Shown: piece after piece, positions 1-12,255 of the stretch
Layout: every line of letters starts with the position of its first letter
How positions within the stretch are numbered: the stretch's first letter is position 1
NCBI GenBank assembly: GCA_965153455.1
Contig: OZ234494.1
Location: 11,222,001 to 11,286,000, forward strand
Reading direction: 5' to 3'
DNA: 64,000 nt
Source of the DNA: Sphagnum compactum
Taxonomy: Eukaryota
Position numbers and translations under genes: made by a program
The notes under the pieces: model-generated
Told to the model about the DNA's origin: nothing
The model's database searches: none
Seen by the model: the letters and a program-made list of their open reading frames with translations, nothing else

Positions 1-504
1 TGCATCTTTCCATCCCTCTATGTGACCCTTATTGTTGGCCAATCATATTCAATTTCATGACCTTACATGAAATTATATATCTATAATCAATTTTAAAATT
101 AAATTATTAATTTTAGCATTGAAAATTGATTTTTTGATTTTCGACCACATGGATGTTAATCATACACAATGTTTTACAACTTTTCTTTGGAAGTGCAAAT
201 CAAAAGAGTTTTGAAAATGTCATTTGTTTACACATCTGAAAGAATGGTATACCCCCATAAGCTTTTCAGGGTGTTAAAATTGAAACCTAAGAACAACTCC
301 ACCCATACATGGCATTTGGGCTTATAACAATATTTCTCACATTAGTTTTTTTTTATTTCTTTTATTTAGTTATTTTTAAAGTTAGTTATTTTTATTTTTA
401 TTATTTATTTCTCAAGTTTCACCCTATAAGCATGAAATTGTGACTATAAATAAAAGTCAGAACCTTTTAGCTAGTAGCAAACCACCTAGTCCAATTCACA
501 TATC

Positions 505-666
505 TAGCCAATCAAGAGCAGGTGTTAAAACTCTTGTAGTGTTGAGCAAGTTTTCACGTATTAGCCAATCAAGAGCAGGTGTTAAACTATGTAGTGTTGA
601 GCAAGTTTTCACATATCTTGCCAATCAAGAGCAGGTGTTGAACTATATAGTGTCGAGCAAGTTTTG
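505..666. repeat. About 55-bp tandem repeat, 3 copies
   Basis: GCCAATCAAGAGCAGGTGTT...TAGTGTTGAGCAAGTTTT recurs at about 506, 563 and 620. Confidence 0.85.
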
Positions 667-1165
667 TGGAGCAAGTTTTTTACCGATTTACATTCAAAAC
701 ATTATGTGCAATGTCAGGATGAAGATTGCTCTTATTGTTGGTTGTCCTTGAGGGGAATCTAGTCTTCAAATCCTTCATACCAAAAGGCCAATATAGTCCA
801 ATTGAAACTTCTCATTTGATTCAATGGGAAGGACACTTAGTTTGACCTTCAAATTCGTGTTTCATCCTTGATTGGAGTGAAATCACAAGTGCCATTTTTT
901 AATTTATTAAATGACAATTTAGTTGCCATGATTTCATTCACAAATGGAATGCAATCAGAAAGTGAGAGCAAAGTTAGGTACTGTGTACACAATCAAACTG
1001 GGTATCACTTTGCAAGATTTGAAAAAGCTTTAGGTTTCCAACAAGTTCATTTTTGCCTTGCATTCCATGGAGGGATAAAGGTGCAAACTGGGCACATGTT
1101 ACAAACTGAAAGTGCAAACAAATTCCTTTCACAACCCATTTCAACAACAAAGAGAATTATTTTTT

Positions 1166-1362
1166 GTCGTCAATTTTGTTCCAACTTCCTATTCATGTCA
1201 TCCTCACTTTGGAACCTTGTTTGTTCCTAACGTACTATTGTCATGCCCACTTCTTGAGATTCGTTGTCAATTTTGTTCCAATTTCCTATTCATGTCATCC
1301 TCACTTTGGAAGCTTGTTTGTTCCTAACATACTATTATCATGCCCACTTTTTGAGATTCATT
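1166..1362. repeat. About 97-bp tandem duplication, 2 copies
   Basis: GTCAATTTTGTTCCAA.TTCCTATTCATGTCATCCTCACTTTGGAA.CTTGTTTGTTCCTAAC.TACTATT.TCATGCCCACTT occurs twice. Confidence 0.85.
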
Positions 1363-2665
1363 ATCTATCGTCATCCCCACATTTGAATTGCGTTCCTATC
1401 TACTATTTATGATTCCCCCAAGTGTACTACCTTGATAACTTCGACACTAATTATACTATTTGTAAACAATAAAATAATCTACAAAGGTAATAAAACCCAG
1501 GTGCAAAACTTTGAAACTAAGGATGACAATCCAAATGCAAGACGACATAGCACCAACAAAATATAACAAATGAAAAAAATTCAAATTTCCTCCTAAACCC
1601 AAGATGGATTGATGGTTTGAGGCTCCTCTTATTTCTCGTGTCTTGCATGTGTATACATAGCGGGTTACTGAGGTTATGGGATATTTAAAGGTTAGTTAAG
1701 AGGTTAATTAGGGATTATTTAGGGGTTTACCTAGGTTATGCAATATCTAAAGATTTCTTAAGGAGTTACATAGAATCTATGAAGTGATTATGTAAAACGT
1801 TCTTCTTATGAGACTAGCTAAGAATTTTTTTAGGTTACAAGATAAGTAGGGATTATTTTGAGAGCTACCTTGGTGTTACCTAAATAAACTATAATGTGAT
1901 TAGAATAAAAACCATGGTCATCATTTAAGAGTGTTCATCCTTAGTTTTAGTTTTGAGGAGTGATCCTCATTTTGGTGAGCTTTATGGATAGGTTCAAAAT
2001 GGGAGGATAAGTGAGTAGAGTGAGGCCCAAAGTGAGGATTATTCAACTTGAATGAGGATGCATTGGAAATTTATTTTCATAAAAAATTCAAAGAACAAAA
2101 CTTTGTGAAAGAAAATAGAGAATTTTTTTGGAATATGTATGAATATTTCCTTTTTTTTTTCAGCAATGGAATCTTCGAAATTTCAATTTAATTATTCAAA
2201 GGACATGTGGTTAGAGATGCTCCTGTATGACATATTTTTGAATTTTTTTGTTCCTCCATAGTCTGATCATCCTCACTTTTGAAGGCATCCCCAACTTCTG
2301 GCCAAAACCTGGGCACACTGATCCCCAGATTCAAGGACCTTTTCTTTTACAAGAAACTCTAATCTTGTTTTCAAAAGAGTGCAAAATAATTGGGTTACAT
2401 TTTTCATGCTTTTTTGGTTTGGGGTGTCTGGGGAGCATTTCTTTTCAGCTTTGCTTGTATATATAATATTATTATTTATAAATTATTTATATAATATTTT
2501 AGTTATTTAATAATTAATTATGATTTTTCTTCTATTCTTTAGTCTCCAATTCTCTTCAGTCTTTTCACGTGCTTATTGATTGTTGTTGTCTTTTTGTAGT
2601 CTGCATGATAAATGCTTGCTGCTGTCATGCCCTTTTGCTTGCTTCTGAAGATTTCACAGAAGGTA

Positions 2666-2701
<36 letters not shown>

Positions 2702-4544
2702 TAAATAAATTTTTAAAAAGAAAAAAATATTTCTGAATGGACTTTAGGTTTTTAATTGTCCCCTGCAAAGGCAGAATACAGTTCAGATTTTTACTATCCT
2801 CCACAGAGGAGAAGATAAATGCTAAAAAATTGCTTTCTAAATGTAGATTTTTTAAATTCTAAATATGAGAAACAAGATATCCCACGTGAAGTCTATGAGT
2901 CCAAATCTAACATTTTTTGGGGATTTAATTATGGTCACTAAATAAGAGGCCTCTCTAAAAACAAAAGGTGAAGGTACTAGGCTACTAGTAGTAGTAGTAG
3001 TAGTAGTAGTGTGGGCCATGCACATGAAGAAGGTACATATATATTACCTTTATCACTCTCTAGCTGTATGCAGCCCACCGCCTGTGACGTGGCAGATGCT
3101 GACCTGGCTGGACAACACATGCTTCTCTACTCATCCCCCCATTCTTGTTGGCACTCATATTTTCAGTTGGAAGTGAGTTTTTTATTTATTATAAATTTAG
3201 CTCATAATTATTTCATGCTCCCAACTCTCACTTCTTTGGATCACTAGAATGAACTCTAACTTGGTTAGATTTTAGATTTCTAAGTAATTTTATTTTATAT
3301 ATATATATATATATATACTTATTTTATCCCAAATAATTATTTTTCCTAAATTTAATATAAAAAAGATATTTATTATTATTATTATTATTATTATTTAAGG
3401 ATGAGGCATGTGAGTTAGGACAAAGTTGAGGGTTCTCGAAGGGTAAGTTTGTTTTCCCTATTTCTGCCAGAGCCTGAGGCTGCTGAGCTGCTGCTGCCGC
3501 TCAGGAGGTGAGCTGCAGACTTCTACTACAGCCTGATGACCCCACTTTCCGGGGGCGGGGGCTATAGGCTGTAGGCTGTAGCAGCCAATAAAAGTTGGCT
3601 GAGCCTGGCTGCACAACTCTCATGTGCCAATTAAGTTGGTTACGTCTGGCTGCACACCGCTAGCTACTGCGCGTGTGCTGATTTCACCCTGGCCAGGCCA
3701 CCGCACGGATACCTACACAAGTTCCCCGGGCAGGGGGGGCAGCCTCACTACCACCTCCAGAGGAAGCGGCTAAACCACCTAGGTGGTAGGTGGTCACCGC
3801 TCCTAGGTGGTAGCCGCTCCTGGGTGATGGTAACCTGGTGGTAGCACAAGATGTCAACCACCGGGCTGGGCAGCCTTGCCGCTACCCAGGCTGCCTCCTG
3901 GTGGTGGTAGGCCTGCCTTGTGAACTGCGGTCACAGTATCCCCTTGGGATGGAGTGCCAGGACCACCACCTCCAGGAAACTAACTGGGAGATAGATGGAT
4001 CCCTGACGAAGTCTGACTTCATTGGAGAGCTGCTTCTTGTTGTTGTTTTTGTTGTTGTGATTTCTAGTATTCTTCTTCTTCTTCTTCTTCTTCTTTTTAT
4101 TTGTGCTGGAAAAGTTCTCCACACATTTATTGATTTCCCATTTTATCTACATTAGTACTACTATATTAAGCTTGCTTCCTATTTGGAGCCTTTCAATCCT
4201 ATTTCTTTCTTTCTTTCTTTCTTTATTTGTGCCGTGTAGTTGATCCTGTTTTGGTGGTTGTTGTTGTTGTTCTTTAGTTCTACAAGTAAAATTGTGGTTG
4301 TTTGTTTTGTTTTGTTTTGTCAAGGAAAAAGTTTGTTACTGGTTGTTGTTGTTGTTGTTGTTGTTGTTGGGTTGTAAGTCAAAGTTGGCTGGTTATACAG
4401 CTGGAAGGTATTGAGCTTTAGGTGGCTCTGCAGAATTGACCAAAAGCTTGGAGAAGAGAAGCAAGTAAGTAACTACTAAATTCCTTGAACCAGCTGATCT
4501 TCATGGAGAATCTGTGATCAGCAGAGAAGAGAAGAAGTACAAGA

Positions 4545-4568
4545 GAAGAAGAAGAAGAAGAAGAAGAA

Positions 4569-4602
<34 letters not shown>
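4545..4602 (+). repeat. Compound (GAA)n(GAT)n microsatellite upstream of the ZIFL start codon
   Basis: Directly visible. Other SSRs lie nearby: (TA)n at about 2670 and 3296, (TAG)n at about 2985, (GTT)n at about 4342. Confidence 0.95.
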
Positions 4603-4604
<2 letters not shown>

Positions 4605-4795
4605 ATGCTTTTAAGCAACAAAGGGAAGTCTTAGAGCTAACAAGAGCAGTAGATGGTGTTCTTGTGCAGGCAGTAAAGCAGCTGGCTCTACTACTCCTAC
4701 TACTACTACAACTACAACAGTAGTAACAAGGGTGCAGCACTTTTGTGTAAGGAAGATTTGTGAGGAATCCGGAGAGAAGATCAGTGGAGTGCAAT

Positions 4796-7700
4796 ATGGG
4801 AGAAGATCTAGAGAAGCCTCTTCTTCAGCTTCTGCCCAAGAACAGCTTGTACCCCAATTGTCCTGGCTGCATCTGTGCTCATCTGCGATCTCCAAATGCA
4901 CCCATCCCTGTCAAAGAGCTCGTCATCGTCGCCCTTCTCGTTGTCTGCAACAGTAAAAAATCCTCTACCACCTCTCCTCTCTCTCTCTCCTCTCTCTGTG
5001 TGTGGATCTCTGTGCGTGTGTCTGTTTGTGTGTGTCTCTCTCTCTGGCCGAGACTGATGCTGTTCTGGTTGTGTTGTTTGTGAACAGCATTGCCGATTGC
5101 TTCTCTCTACCCATTCCTCTACTTCATGGTGAGTTCCAAAAACCCAACACACAAAAAAGAAAAAAAACCCACCTTGTTGCAATAGCAGCAGCAGGCCAAG
5201 AATAAGAAGACGAAACAAAGAAGAAGAAGATCTGATGAAGCTCCTGTTTGTTTTCTGTATATGTGTGTGTGTTTTTTCTTGTTCTCTTCTTCTGAGCTCT
5301 GCAGGCTGAAAACCACACTCCCATCATCATGAATAACGTACATTACCTTGCACAGAAGAGCCCTTGCATGTGTGGTGCCTCTTACCACTTTTATTCATGT
5401 ACTCATGGTCAGTACCTTTCTGATTCTGATTTCTGATTCTTCGACTCAGAAGGGCGTTTTTCCTTTTTCCCCTGAAATCTGATTCTGGTTTCTGATTCTT
5501 AGACTCAGATGGGTGTTTCATTTTTTCCCTGAAACCTGATTCTGGTTTCTGATTCTTAGACTCAGATGGGTGTTTTCTTTTTCTCCCTGAAATCTGATTC
5601 TGGTTTCTGATTCTTAGACTCGGATGAGTGTTTTTTTTCCCCTCTGAAATGTGATTCTGATTTCTGGTTCTTAGACTCTGGGTTTTTCTGAAATGTGATT
5701 CTGATTTTTTGTGATTGATTTCAGCTAATTTGTCTGAAAGGGTTTATATTGCTGCTGGTGAACAAACGACTACTACTACTACTTATGCATGTGGGAGAGA
5801 GTGGATCCAAAACAGGTGGAAGATATGAAGATTGCAAAATCACAAGAGGATATTGGCTTCTATGTTGGTTTTTTAGGTGAGCATTTCTATTACTACTGCT
5901 ACTCTTTTGGTGGTTGTTGTTGTTGTTGTTGTTTTTTGCTTCCACAATAATTTTGCCCTTTTCCTGCAATAAAATGAGCTTTGTTTGTTGCTTTTGTTTC
6001 CACAATTTTCCCCTTTTCCTGCAATAAATATCATCTAGGGTTTTACTAACTAAGAACAATTTCCCTCTAGACTTTGGGTTAAGTGATCTTGAGCACAAAG
6101 AGGAAAATAATAGAAACATGGGTTGTTGGTTGTTTTTGAAGAAACATTAAAGATATCCATAAAATTTTTAAAAACATAACATCAGTACCCAAAGTTTGGT
6201 CATAAATGGGGCGAGATTGTTTTTCAAATATTAACAAAAATACATTGTTATTAAACAGGGAGCAGATCTCATATTACCACCAAATTCAGTGATAATCTAA
6301 GATTCATTTTGTCTTTTTTTTTCCTCTGGGTGCCTTCACTACTACTACTATGTGTACTGCTGTTATATTTGCTCTCAGATCTCGTGCATTAGATGTAGGA
6401 ATGCTGTGTTTCCAGCATTTTATACCCAGATTCATTTCCTCACTTTGCAGATAACAATGTTGAAGGTTGAACAAGGGTTTAGGGGTGAAAGGAAGGCTCA
6501 AAGACAAGGTTACTTTGTGGACATCTCTATTACTAGAATAGGAAATTTGATTGTGGATTTGGGTGTGCAGGATCTGCATTCATGGTAGGAAGATGTATGA
6601 CATCAGTGATTTGGGGCTTTTTAGCTGACAAATATGGTCGCAAACCCGTCATCATAATAGGCATCCTCTCTGTGTGAGTTTAGTGTATTTTTTACTTTGC
6701 AGTTCTGTGTTTTGAACAGAATTGCACTTCAAAGCTAGAGCTCATATTCATTCATTGTTTCAAGCTACAATTGTTTGAAAAAACAATTTTGGGGGGGGGG
6801 TGGTTTTGGCAGCATAATTTTTGGTACTGGATTTGGCTTCAGTACAAATTTCTGGGTGGGTCTACTTATGCGTTTTCTGCTTGGAAGCTTCAATGGCATT
6901 CTTGGAACTACAAAGGTGAGAATCTAAACAATCGTCCTAACCATTTCTGCTCATTAGTGTTCAATCCCCCCACAATGCACATGTGAAGCTTTTGGACCAA
7001 AATCTATCAAGGATTTTCCTCATTACATGCGCAGATCCCATAGACACAAGATTTGACCCTAGAGCTTCTATTTTGGGTTTTGTTGCAGGCATACGCATCT
7101 GAAATCTGCAATGAGAAGCATCAAGCACTGGGAATATCAGTTGTAAGTGTCAGCAAATCAAACCTTCAAAACTCTACAATTTGGCTGTCTCTATTTTGCT
7201 CCCGTTAATGAACCTTGCAAGTTTTCATGTTTCACTGCAAAACACATAGGGTTTAGGGTTTAAGGTTTAGGGTTAGACTTAGACATGGACTTAAACACAA
7301 TGTCTTTTGCTTTATGTGTGTGTGTTAAAAGTGAGAAAGAGTTGTGTGTGCTTTTCTTATAAAAACCTTATCTTGCAGGTTGGAACTTGATGGGGCTTTG
7401 GCCTTAGGGTTTAGGGTTAGACTTAGACATGGACTTAACACAATCTCTTTTCCACTTTATGTGTGTGTTGAAAGTGAGAAAAGTTGGGGTTTGTTTTTTT
7501 TTAATCTTATCTTGCAGGTTGGAACTTGCTGGGGCCTTGGCCTTATCATTGGTCCAGCTATGGGAGGGTATCTTTCCCAGGTATGTATATGGAACCATGT
7601 AGGCATTTAGGGTTTTGGCAATTTGGCATCTCCAGTATTGAATTACAAAGCACTAGTTTTTGCCTTGGGTTTACAGTTCCATACATAATTCACAAAATTC

Positions 7701-10700
7701 ATGCCTGACTTGATTATCTTATTGCAGCCTGCGATTAAGTACCCAGATCTTTTTCCCAAGGGTTCTCTGTATGATATGTAAGCCCTCAATGCCACCTGGG
7801 TTTGAATTCCAGAGCTGCTACAGAAGTTAGCTGTAGAAATTTCTGTAGAAATGAAATTTTTCCATGTGCTTCAAATGTGCTATGTTTCAGATATTACTGT
7901 TGTGCAGAGAACCTTTTTTGTCTTCCATGTGAAAGATAGTTGCCTCATTCAAATGAGTGTTTTGGGAAGCAGGTTTCCATATCTACTGCCATCAGTCTTC
8001 ACCTCAGTATTTGCAGTGGCAGTTCTCATTGCTTCCTTCCAGCTCCCTGTATGCACCTCCAGAACCTGAAGTGTTGCAATTCAATGTGGGTTTAGGGTAG
8101 ACCTCCATTCAAAGAGTTGCAATTTTCTTTCTATCATGAGAGGCCCAGCATCTTCTGATCTTGCTCTTTAGCTTGAAATGTTTTTGACAGTCTGTGAGTG
8201 TTTGACAGGAAACGTTGCACATACACAATAAGAGCTTGGAGGAACCTAAAGAAGAACAACCGGAAGTGATTAGTGAAGGAGCTGTTGAGTATCCTGTGCT
8301 GCGAGCATTGAAGCTCCCAGAAAGTGAATCCCAGCTTGCCCCTGAAAACCCATCAAGTGTCAGGATCTGCCAAGGCATCGACAGTCCCATTCTGCTGTCA
8401 TCACCAATCAAAAGCTTCAGAAGCAGCTTTGATCAATTGACACGCACACTATCTGGGAGGTTTTCAAACAACCCCTCAGAAAGAGGTGGTACAACAGCAG
8501 ATGAAGAGAACATTCAGACTTCTGATCACCAGGCAGATGAGAAAGATGTAGTAGTAGCAGTAGTATTCACAAACAACAACAACAACAACAAAATAGTCAA
8601 CACCCAAAATGAGAAAGACGTACCTGTGGAGGCATGTAAGGAAGAGAAGAAGATACAGATGTTGGGTGGAGGGGATGATGGCTTTGGACACAACAAGAAG
8701 ACTTCGCTGCTTTCGAATTGGGCTCTCATGGCTTCCATTGCTGTCTACTGCTTCTGGTCTCTACAAGACATAGCATATACTGAGGTACATGTTAAAATTC
8801 CTTTCTATTTGTTTTCCTCTCCCCGCAATCTCCTTCTTGGGGTGATGAACAGAAGAATCTCCTTCTCTGTACACAGAATTACAGATTCAGTGCCCCATGT
8901 ATGACAAATCTATGCTTGGATTAGAGCTTTGCAACTGCATGTGATGAAGTAGAATGGGTTTTAGGGTTTAGGGTTTAGGAATTCTAACATCATCAACAGG
9001 CACAGATCAGGTTCAGATTGTCACTTAGAGAGGAGACGAATCTCACCATCCTGCTCCGCATGTTTGCAGATCTATTCATTGTGGTGTGTGAGTCCAGCAG
9101 ATGAAGGAGGACTTGGCCTTACAACAACAGATGTTGGTCAACTACTTGCTGCATCAGGTAAATCTCAACTTCCTTGGTTTGCATGTTGCTCTTCATGCTA
9201 TTCCCTCATGTACATACTGGGGTTTTTTTTTCCAATATCATCTCTTTCTTTTGTTCTTGCATTTTTTTGTTCACATGGGCAATGGGTGATGGGTGCCAAT
9301 CCACAGGCTTAGGTATGCTGGTTTTTCAGCTCTCATTTTTCCCAGTTGTTGTAAACACTGTGGGACCCATACTGACAACACGATGTGCAGCGGTAAGAAA
9401 TATTTGTCTGGCTGGATAAAAAACTCACTCTCTAAATTAATGTTGCAGCATTTTCCAAACAGAAAGTTCTGTGGAATAATATATTTTGATCTTTGAAGCT
9501 CTTGAACACATCTGAACTGAACATGTAATATGAGTCAGATTGGAGCACCATGGACATTCTTAAATTGACAGACACAATTAGTAGGGAGGAAGAGCTCTCT
9601 CTAATCTTCTGCATTTTTCCTGCAGCTGCTTTCAATCCCATTACTAGCTGTACTACCATTTTATCCACAGATGCATGGCACAACTCTTTGGGTGGTTTTA
9701 TGCCTCTCATCTGTTGTGAGGTTTGTCCTCTCGGTATGTCAACTTGATCAAAACTTTCTGTTTGGCTACCACAGGGTAGTAGAAAAAAAAATTATGTTGG
9801 AAGCAGAGTGGTGGTTTCCTTTTTCACTTCTATTCAGGTCACGGATCTGCACTACTTTCACTAAAGCTTTTTTATGATAGCTGGAGCTATATAGGGTGAT
9901 TAAGAGAGCACCTCTTCCCAACACTCTTGATGCTACTCTCATATGAATGTCAGTTTTTGTAGTTTAAATCTGACATTGGAACTTGGTACTCCTTTTGAAT
10001 AATTGTTTTAAAACTTGACTAAGGAGATAGGATTTGATCCTGGATCCAATTCTATTTGCTTTGTAGTAGAAGACATGTCTTCTGAAAAAAATTCACTCTT
10101 ATTGTGGTTCTTGCAGGTGGCAACACTTACTGCCTCATTTCTCTTAGTCAATAATTCTGTGGTACATATTTTCTTATATGTTTCTCACAGTTTGTCTGTT
10201 GTCTTATAATAATCATTTGTAGCTTTTAGTGAAATCTCTGTCACATGTTTGCATTACAAAGTGCACACACTTCTGATTGTTGCTTCTGCAACATCTGAGT
10301 TCTTGGAGAGAAGTTTTGAACATGTAAAATAAAATGTGTGAGAGAGAGAGAGAGAGAGAGAGTGCTTTTATGCATCAGCAACAAGAACTAACCATTGGGT
10401 TTTGATTGTGCAGCCTCAAGCTAGAAGGGGTGTAGCAAACGGATTATCCATGAGCTTTGGGTCATTCTTCAAAGCAATTGGCCCTGCAGGTGGAGGCGCC
10501 ATGTAAGTACACTCTCTATCAGGGGGAAAAAAAAAATCTTCAAATCAAAACTGAAACAATTCCACTTTCTATCAATCTCATAAATAATTTTTTCCTCAAA
10601 TCAAAATCTCAATTTAGACCCATTATGAAACAACCACTTGAGACTTTCACAAAGCATTAGCAACTAATTTACGAGCACAAAACATCATTACTAGTGTAAT

Positions 10701-11116
10701 AACTGGGAGCTGGAAACAGAAAATGCACAGAAATGGTTATGACTCTTTGCGACACTCTGTTGTGGGGCTGTACAGTTTTTCATGGGCGCAAAGTCGGCAT
10801 GGTGCTACTATACTTCCAGGTATGTCTTCTGTGAAAAGCCAAAGTTAGAACATTGCTGGAGAATGTACTATAGTTTATGTCAAAAATAAGAATTTGTGGT
10901 ACTGCAGTTCATCACCCATTTCTAGAGATGGACTATTATTTTTGCTGTTTGTCTTTTTGATTACTAAGAACACAGTTATTTCTTCATTTCTCCTGTGGTG
11001 CAGGCAACGACCTTGTTTTCTTCTTCCTGGGTTGTGTTTCATTCATCACTGCCCTGTTATCATTTGAGCCATTCTTGCCAGCTTCTACAGACCATCCTTT
11101 TATTGAAGAATTCTAG
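4796..11116 (+). CDS. ZIFL: ZINC INDUCED FACILITATOR-like (ZIF1/ZIFL/TOM family) major facilitator superfamily transporter, 17 coding exons
   Basis: Hand-spliced exons with GT-AG borders: 4796-4952, 5088-5128, 5816-5876, 6571-6673, 6813-6915, 7089-7142, 7518-7580, 7728-7777, 7973-8048, 8209-8784, 9070-9157, 9307-9392, 9626-9733, 10117-10161, 10414-10502, 10776-10819, 11004-11116 (TAG). Family motifs: N-terminal YPNCPGC, LPIASLYPFLYFMV, MFS motif A WGFLADKYGRKP, WGLGLIIGPAMGGYLSQPA, GGLGLTTTDVG, RGVANGLSM...FKAIGPAGGG. Confidence 0.93.
5418..5708. repeat. About 57-bp tandem repeat, about 5 copies, in ZIFL intron 2
   Basis: Repeated unit CCTGAAATCTGATTCTGGTTTCTGATTCTTAGACTCAGATGGGTGTTTT. Confidence 0.9.
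7264..7544 (+). repeat. About 139-bp tandem duplication spanning the ZIFL intron 6/exon 7 boundary
   Basis: GGTTTAGGGTTAGACTTAGACATGGACTTAA...CTTATCTTGCAGGTTGGAACTTG(A/C)TGGGGC(T/C)TTGGCCTTA occurs twice. Confidence 0.92.
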
Positions 11117-11867
11117 TGGCATGTTCTATCAAACAATATGGCATATCATGTCATGTGCAACAATGATCAAGTAAATGAACAGCCTTTCCAAGACTTCACA
11201 TACGTCCTCAACTACAATATCACAGGTAGAAAGGATCACTGTAAAAGTAATGTTACCCAGTGATCGAAGCAACGTTAGCAACTGTGAGAAAACCTGGGGC
11301 AACAGCCCTTTATTCTATTTGAAGCTTTAGAGGCTCATATGCCATTGCCTGTGTTTGGACGAGATCACAGTACAGTGCTCTTAGCAAACAGGGGATTAAG
11401 GAAAGGAATAGACATTGAACCTTGTTTTGCAAGGACGGGAGACCATGACACGTTTTAACCTCCTAGCAATGAGAAACTACAGTTTAGAGCAATAGCTAGG
11501 TGAAGAAATACTGTAGCGCAAGTGAATTCTTCACACATTGGCAGACAAAATAAAGATACCAACAAAAAAAAAGTTATCAGGGGATGCATTCCCCAGAGTT
11601 CACAAAATAGAGGGAAAGTGTATGTGTGGGCCAGAAATAAGTTAAGGTCTGTTACACCTGCACATTCTAATACTGCTCTAGATATGAAATTGCTGTGAGC
11701 TCTGACCAAAATTAGACCTTCTTGTCTCTCTGAACTTATTGCTACTCCCTTTTACTCTTCTCTCTGAAGACTAGAACCTAGAATCCTAAACCCTAAACCT
11801 CAAAAGATGCTCTGGGCTCACTGACTGTGATTAGTTAATAGTTGATGATGCATTAACTCAATGTGAA

Positions 11868-11988
11868 ATGCCTATACAGAGACTCGTTTGTGTCTAAATC
11901 AAAATGTTCCACAGTTTAGCTTTTCCTGATATGCCTATACAGACACTTTTGTGTCAAGATCAAAATGTTCCACTCTTTAGCTTTTCCA
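11868..11988. repeat. About 62-bp tandem duplication between the convergent ZIFL and Misato 3' ends
   Basis: ATGCCTATACAGA...TGTGTC..ATCAAAATGTTCCAC..TTTAGCTTTTCC occurs twice. Confidence 0.8.
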
Positions 11989-12255
11989 TGAATACTTTAG
12001 CTGCCGCATCTTGAGGGTCACAAGTATCACTAGATTTTGTACAGCCATCATTCTCCCTTATATATATGCACACACCTGATAAGTTAAGAAAGGATCACTA
12101 AAGGATCTGAAGAACTTGCACTTGCTCTCTCATCCTCTTGTAGAAGCAGCCGGAAAGGCTCAGGGTTTAGGGTTTGACTAGAAAGGTTTTCACAAAAGGC
12201 TGAAAAATTCCTGAGTATCTAACCTTAAAAAAGCATATGGTGGATCTTAGACCTG

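Noticed and set aside
4418..4901. Minus-strand ORFs with poly-His, poly-Ser and poly-Leu runs (a tempting metal-binding peptide next to a zinc-facilitator gene)
   Set aside because: They are translations of GAT/GAA/CTA microsatellites antisense to the ZIFL leader, with no independent coding evidence.
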